Sequence record: SRR31156797_3163
Length of the DNA stretch: 39,100 nt
Strand: one strand, 5' to 3'
Part shown: positions 34,854-39,100 of the stretch, piece by piece
Layout: each line of letters starts with the position of its first letter
Numbering within the stretch: position 1 is the stretch's first letter
The notes under the pieces: model-generated
Databases searched by the model: none
Told to the model about the DNA's origin: nothing
The model's input: only the letters and a program-made list of their open reading frames with translations
Position numbers and translations under genes: made by a program

Positions 34854-35041
34854 TGGAATGGATAGGTTTCATCGTTCTGTTTCTGCTCGGCCTCTGGTTC
34901 GGAATCATGGGGTTTGCTGTCTGCTTTTGTGCCGGGATGCTCGGAGGAAAGGCCGGGGCTGAATGGCTGATACCACTGGCCGGGGCTGTAATCATCTATG
35001 TGGCTTTCAAGTTCGCCCCGTTCTCAGTCGTAATTAACTGA
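34853..35041 (+). CDS. Small two-TM membrane protein
   Basis: 62 aa, highly hydrophobic; AGGAG RBS; TAATG coupling. Confidence 0.7.
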   Translation: MEWIGFIVLFLLGLWFGIMGFAVCFCAGMLGGKAGAEWLIPLAGAVIIYVAFKFAPFSVVIN

Positions 35042-35064
35042 CTATCCGCAAGCAGGAGTTAAAA

Positions 35065-35277
35065 ATGGACAAGAACATCCTTATTATCGGCGCTGGACGC
35101 CCTGATTACGGGACCGAAGCAACTGCCCTGGTCTTGAAGCTGGCAAACTCCGCTCGCCGTGGTCGGGCATGTAGTGTCCCTTGTGTGGAACCTGTTACCA
35201 AGATGCCCAAGGTCGGACGCAACAAACCGTGTCCGTGCGGATCTGGCTTGAAGTTCAAACGCTGTTGTGGGCGTTAA
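35065..35277 (+). CDS. SEC-C metal-binding motif protein
   Basis: C-terminal [29 protein letters not shown]. Confidence 0.85.
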   Translation: MDKNILIIGAGRPDYGTEATALVLKLANSARRGRACSVPCVEPVTKMPKVGRNKPCPCGSGLKFKRCCGR

Positions 35278-35301
35278 CCACGTATCTGTAAGAGGCGTAT
35301 C

Positions 35302-35595
35302 ATGAAGCTGAAAATCAAATACCCGACCAAGGAACGGAAGTGGTTGAACGAAACCACTTACCAACACAAGTACAAAGAAGTGGAGTTGCCTCCGGTTCGT
35401 GTGTTGCGCTCCCCGTGCGGAACGGGCGCAGCGGCTAGCCGGTATTATTACCAAGCCGATTTTACGGCCCCAGATGACGCCGCAATCACACACGGCGGGA
35501 GGATTCGCACAAATATCGAACGCAAATGGAATCCGCACTTTAACCCGAAGAAACTGCAATGGGACGGCGATGTGTGCAACACGCCGTGCGCGTAG
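35302..35595 (+). CDS. Hypothetical protein
   Basis: 97-aa ORF, RBS GAGG. Confidence 0.65.
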   Translation: MKLKIKYPTKERKWLNETTYQHKYKEVELPPVRVLRSPCGTGAAASRYYYQADFTAPDDAAITHGGRIRTNIERKWNPHFNPKKLQWDGDVCNTPCA

Positions 35596-35616
35596 TTCTC
35601 AGCAAAGGTGGATGAA

Positions 35617-35763
35617 ATGAATAAGTTTTATAAGTGCGATCATTGCGGACACATACACCAGCAGTTGCCCGAACCTTTTTCTTGCGATTGTTGCGGGAAG
35701 AATGGGTTCTCACAAGTTGGCGAGGCCGAATACCTTGAGTCTCTGAAATCCAAACGAACATGA
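35617..35763 (+). CDS. 48-aa rubredoxin-like/Zn-ribbon protein (not in ORF track)
   Basis: MNKFYKCDHCGH...FSCDCCGK...; ATGA overlap with the next gene. Confidence 0.65.
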   Translation: MNKFYKCDHCGHIHQQLPEPFSCDCCGKNGFSQVGEAEYLESLKSKRT

Positions 35764-35984
35764 GAGCATCTGACATGAGGAAAATGACAAAATATCAGGG
35801 CGAACAGATTCCAGCTTGCCCCAACTGTGAAACGCCGTTGCTGGACGATTCACGCATCGGCGGTCTGTCTTGTTGGAACTGTGGATACGAAGAAAATTAC
35901 GACGAGGAAGTTTTGACGGAAGGCGACCCCAAGTTTGCAGTCAAGGATACGTCAACTGATACAACCGAGGAAGACCATGGATAG
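35760..35984 (+). CDS. Zn-ribbon hypothetical protein
   Basis: CPNC...CWNCG motifs. Confidence 0.7.
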   Translation: MRASDMRKMTKYQGEQIPACPNCETPLLDDSRIGGLSCWNCGYEENYDEEVLTEGDPKFAVKDTSTDTTEEDHG

Positions 35985-36189
35985 ATTTTACCCCTGCGCT
36001 GAACACCAATGTTCCAAATGCGGTGAGACGGAAGTCTCTCACAGTATGCCGCACAGGTGGGAAATGATTGGCGGCTACATGCTTTGCCGCCCGTGCATAG
36101 AACGCATGGTGAATGAATTCATAAACGGAGTGCCCAAAAAGCAACGCCCGAGTGCATTTAGGTATCCCAGTAAATCCAAGAGAATATGA
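35977..36189 (+). CDS. Zn-finger hypothetical protein
   Basis: Start MDRF (35977) with GAGGA RBS; CSKC...CRPC. Confidence 0.65.
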   Translation: MDRFYPCAEHQCSKCGETEVSHSMPHRWEMIGGYMLCRPCIERMVNEFINGVPKKQRPSAFRYPSKSKRI

Positions 36190-36202
36190 ACGCAGGAGAC
36201 GA

Positions 36203-36523
36203 ATGATGGACTTTCTTCAAATCGCTGACTGCTTAGTTCGTTCCTCGAACGTTAACAGCGCTCCCAACGAATGGCCCCAGGTCAAACCGTGTCTTGAAGC
36301 CCTGCGAATTGTTGCCAAGGAATACCGTGAGGAGTTGTACGAAGCTCTGAAACAGTCCGTGGATATCCAGCGCATCAACGTGCACGCGAGCCTGTCTTTA
36401 CAGAGAATGGAGGCGGAACGCGAAAGGATGATCCGCGCCAGACTTGAAAGGATTGAGAAGATTCTTGGCATGCCGAAAATATCTCAGAATGAAGACAACG
36501 CGGACACTTCTGGCAACTTGTAA
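36203..36523 (+). CDS. Hypothetical protein
   Basis: Start MMDF (36203) with AGGAG RBS. Confidence 0.65.
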   Translation: MMDFLQIADCLVRSSNVNSAPNEWPQVKPCLEALRIVAKEYREELYEALKQSVDIQRINVHASLSLQRMEAERERMIRARLERIEKILGMPKISQNEDNADTSGNL

Positions 36524-36603
36524 GTAATACTTAATAGTTGCACCAGCTGACCGACATTCGTGTCGGTCAGTGCAAAACAAGACAACGAATAGGGAATACC
36601 GCC

Positions 36604-36981
36604 ATGAGAATAATCAAAGTGAAAGAGGTATACCGCTGCTCATTTTGCGGGAAGCTCTACCAGTTGAAGCATGCCTGCGAGAAACACGAAAAAGCGTGTT
36701 GGTCCAACCCAAAAAACCAAACGGACTGTTTCTTCTGTGACCACTACGAGAAGCCTTGTTTCGAAACATATGGTGAAGGTTCAGAAGATTATGCCTTCAC
36801 TTCTCATTATTGCGCCCTGCATGGAAAAGAAATGCTCAGCGGTGCGCAGATCGTCAGAGACGGACGAGCGTGCAGCACAGAATATGAGCGCAAAGACGGC
36901 GAGATTGATACCCGTGAAAAGATGCCTACTAAGTGTAAAGACTACACTTGTGGAGAATCTATTTTCGTAAAAGCCAACTGA
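36604..36981 (+). CDS. Cys-rich (C2H2-like) hypothetical protein
   Basis: YRCSFCGKLY....ACEKHE.AC..NP and CFFCDH motifs; start MRII (36604). Confidence 0.75.
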   Translation: MRIIKVKEVYRCSFCGKLYQLKHACEKHEKACWSNPKNQTDCFFCDHYEKPCFETYGEGSEDYAFTSHYCALHGKEMLSGAQIVRDGRACSTEYERKDGEIDTREKMPTKCKDYTCGESIFVKAN

Positions 36982-36997
36982 TACACTGAGGTAAGGC

Positions 36998-37165
36998 ATG
37001 AGCGACTTACGGGAAAAGCTTGAATCCAAAATCACAGACATCATCCGTGATGAAACAGAGTGCGACGATCCGTATTGTCAAGTCATGTACGCTGAAGACG
37101 CCGCTAAAAAGATAGTCGCTCACATCCTCAAGGGTGATTGGCGAAAAGAATCAACTGACAAGTAG
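36998..37165 (+). CDS. 55-aa hypothetical protein (not in ORF track)
   Basis: MSDLREKLESKITDIIRDE...ESTDK; RBS GAGGT. Confidence 0.65.
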   Translation: MSDLREKLESKITDIIRDETECDDPYCQVMYAEDAAKKIVAHILKGDWRKESTDK

Positions 37166-37174
37166 GAGCGAGAC

Positions 37175-37444
37175 ATGCTGACAGGAATGGATAAAGCTTG
37201 GTTCAAGCTGTACCAAATAGCACAGAGAGACATTAACCACGCAAGAAATAACAGGGGTAGCATCTTTGGTATTGCCATTAATGATGACGACCTTGCTCTC
37301 CAATTTCAAGAAGCAGAATACCGTCTTGTCCGCGCTGAACACGCTCTCAATGGGAAGTGGACCCCGTGTGCGCTGAAGGTCTTTCGGAAACGAGGACTTC
37401 AGGCGCGTAAAGAAATTAAACGACGAGAGTCAACTAACAAGTAG
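37175..37444 (+). CDS. Hypothetical protein
   Basis: 89 aa, RBS AGGAG. Confidence 0.65.
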   Translation: MLTGMDKAWFKLYQIAQRDINHARNNRGSIFGIAINDDDLALQFQEAEYRLVRAEHALNGKWTPCALKVFRKRGLQARKEIKRRESTNK

Positions 37445-37452
37445 GTGTAAAC

Positions 37453-37698
37453 ATGGGCGCAAAACACGATATGACGAAATGCCCGAATTGCGAGAATTGT
37501 ATTCGCGATTTACGGACAGAGAAAGACAGGTTCAAAAACATGTGCGACGACTTAGCCTATGCGTTAACGTCGAGTGACCGTGAACTCCGCGCGATATACA
37601 AATCTACTGGCGAGACTCTTTTTTCGAAAAAAATCATTTCCTTGAATAAAAAGATTCTTGCTGGGCACAAAACAATCAAATCAACCTACGAACGATAG
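37453..37698 (+). CDS. Hypothetical protein
   Basis: 81 aa, RBS AGGT, CPNCENC motif. Confidence 0.6.
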   Translation: MGAKHDMTKCPNCENCIRDLRTEKDRFKNMCDDLAYALTSSDRELRAIYKSTGETLFSKKIISLNKKILAGHKTIKSTYER

Positions 37699-37778
37699 CC
37701 CTGAACCGCCGCACCCTGGCTTTAAACTCCCCCCGGATTGGGCCGGGGTGTAGCGGATTATAAAAGGAGAAAGAAACA

Positions 37779-38192
37779 GTGACCGACGAACGTTGCATAG
37801 ACTACAAAGCCCTAGCCGAAAGGCTCGGACGCTCTGAAAGCACCATGCAAAAGGAATGGAGGATGTACCCCCACTTCTTCGTCGGTCGTGGCCGCAACTT
37901 GAAGTCTGCGCGTTTTGACTTTAATGAGGTGCTAGATGATATGAAGGAGAAGTCACGTGGCGTTCAAACCGTACAGCGGCCCAGGCGGGAAATATCGAAT
38001 GGTATTTCGGTACAAAGGGCAGGAATACAGCAAAGTCGTCAAGACCAAGGCCAAGGGCTTGGAGTGGAAAACAGAAAAACTCAAAGCGCTCAAAAAAGAA
38101 GCGAAAAGACAGCGAGCCGGTTTAACGTTTTCCGTAATGTCCCAAGTGTATCTGGAGGACTGTCGGGCCAGGATGCAGCCGCAAACGGTTGA
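37779..38192 (+). CDS. xis: Excisionase-like wHTH protein
   Basis: N-terminal ~58 aa IDYKALAERLGRSESTM...P.F.VG...RFD..EV; RBS AGGAG; directly upstream of and overlapping int. Confidence 0.7.
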   Translation: MTDERCIDYKALAERLGRSESTMQKEWRMYPHFFVGRGRNLKSARFDFNEVLDDMKEKSRGVQTVQRPRREISNGISVQRAGIQQSRQDQGQGLGVENRKTQSAQKRSEKTASRFNVFRNVPSVSGGLSGQDAAANG

Positions 38193-39045
38193 CGAAAAAT
38201 ATCGCCACTTCACTGAATTTGCCGAACACCTCCAACAAGATGTTTACCCCGAACAAGTGACCATCAAGCTGGCCCAATCATTTATATCCAGCATACAAAA
38301 GACCAAGACCAACAAAACCGCCAACCGTTATTTGCGCAACCTCAAGGCGTGTTGGAATTGGCATATCAAAAAAGGTGAACAGATTGCCAACCCTTGGAAC
38401 AACGTAGACAAGTACCCGGAAGAATCACATATAAAAAATGTTCCCACCTCTGAGCAAGTAGCCGCTGTGCTTATGGCTGCGAATCAATTTCAATCAGATT
38501 ATTTGCAGTTACTTCTCCAAACAGCAGCCCGGCCCGGCGAGATCCGTTTACTTCAATGGGATGATATCCATTTTGACCGCAAGGCGATCATACTCTGGAC
38601 GCGCAAACGCAAAGGCGGCGGTAAAACTCCACGCCCTGCTCATATGACCAACACCATGGACGTCATCCTAAAACGCCTGTGGAAGACACATCAAGGTGGA
38701 CCATGGGTGTTCACAAACCCGGAAACGGGAGAAAATTACGAACGCCACTCAAACGCGATCCAATATATGATGAAGCGCCTTTGCAAAAAAGCGGAAGTGA
38801 ATTTCTTCGACCTGTATTCTCTGCGCCACTTTGTCAGCCAGCGCGTCATCGACTCCGGCAAGGCTAAGCCTGTGGACGTACAACGACTGCTCGGGCACCA
38901 GAGGTTGACGACGACTGATAACTACATCAAGTCCCTTATCCCCGACATGGAAAATCTGGACGACATCCTTGAGAGTATTTTGACGCAAAATGTCTCCGAA
39001 AACGACCCAAAAGGGGCACAAGTGGGGGGCACAAAATCAAAATAG
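37957..39045 (+). CDS. int: Tyrosine integrase
   Basis: Catalytic R (ARPGEI), K, YSLRH, LGH and Y; RBS AAGGAG; adjacent to the att site. Confidence 0.95.
   Translation: MAFKPYSGPGGKYRMVFRYKGQEYSKVVKTKAKGLEWKTEKLKALKKEAKRQRAGLTFSVMSQVYLEDCRARMQPQTVDEKYRHFTEFAEHLQQDVYPEQVTIKLAQSFISSIQKTKTNKTANRYLRNLKACWNWHIKKGEQIANPWNNVDKYPEESHIKNVPTSEQVAAVLMAANQFQSDYLQLLLQTAARPGEIRLLQWDDIHFDRKAIILWTRKRKGGGKTPRPAHMTNTMDVILKRLWKTHQGGPWVFTNPETGENYERHSNAIQYMMKRLCKKAEVNFFDLYSLRHFVSQRVIDSGKAKPVDVQRLLGHQRLTTTDNYIKSLIPDMENLDDILESILTQNVSENDPKGAQVGGTKSK
39009..39035 (+). repeat. Putative integrase arm-type binding sites, right copy
   Basis: aaaaggggcacaagtggggggcacaaa within the int 3' end; matches 129-155. Confidence 0.7.
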
Positions 39046-39049
39046 GAAC

Positions 39050-39084
39050 AAAAAAAGGGCTTACGATTTGCATCGTAAGCCCTT
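39050..39084 (-). terminator. Intrinsic terminator downstream of tRNA-Ser
   Basis: 13-bp perfect stem aagggcttacgat-ttgc-atcgtaagccctt with a T-run on the minus strand. Confidence 0.85.
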
Positions 39085-39090
39085 AAAATA

Positions 39091-39100
39091 TGGCGGAGAA
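39091..39100 (-). tRNA. 3' end of tRNA-Ser (partial; integration target)
   Basis: Reverse complement TTCTCCGCCA gives a G discriminator + CCA, followed by a terminator; Ser(GCT) identity inferred from the left-end duplicate. Only 10 nt visible. Confidence 0.7.

Larger units (their letters stand above)
1..39100. mobile_element. Complete temperate prophage (podovirus-type morphogenesis, lambdoid immunity region) integrated at tRNA-Ser(GCT)
   Basis: Full gene set: int/xis, cI/cro/cII, replication, lysis, terS/terL, portal, scaffold, capsid, tail. No tape-measure gene. tRNA-Ser fragments at both window edges. Confidence 0.95.

Noticed and set aside
38815-38829. Inactive integrase because HxxR reads YxxR
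   Set aside because: Substitution at this His is tolerated in many tyrosine recombinases; the other catalytic residues and att features are intact.

Overview
The window is an apparently complete ~39.1 kb temperate prophage with podovirus-type (P22/SU10-like) structural genes and lambdoid control genes, integrated into a tRNA-Ser(GCT) gene on the minus strand. The tRNA 3' end and its terminator lie at the right edge, and a duplicated anticodon-arm fragment lies at the left edge. The minus strand of 156-23538 carries cro, cII, replication, lysis, terminase, portal, scaffold, capsid, adaptor/nozzle, ejection and tail-fibre genes. The plus strand of 23631-39045 carries cI, a moron, and the early operon (HNH-AP2, YqaJ/Bet recombination, a cytosine methyltransferase, many small genes, xis, int). 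The best candidate for a new system is a small gene inside the virion operon (9294-9953) with a putative BECR/PBECR RNase domain and an N-terminus shared with an ejection protein, faced by a ~100-nt structured non-coding RNA with its own sigma70 promoter on the opposite strand. This suggests a virion-delivered RNase with an RNA antitoxin. Also notable are a TPR-sensor/antitoxin fusion paired with MazF, a two-frame (alpha/beta) methyltransferase, a late promoter whose -35 is replaced by 10-bp phased repeats, and further structured intergenic RNAs. All protein calls come from motif recognition and synteny by eye; no database searches were run. The host cannot be determined with certainty.
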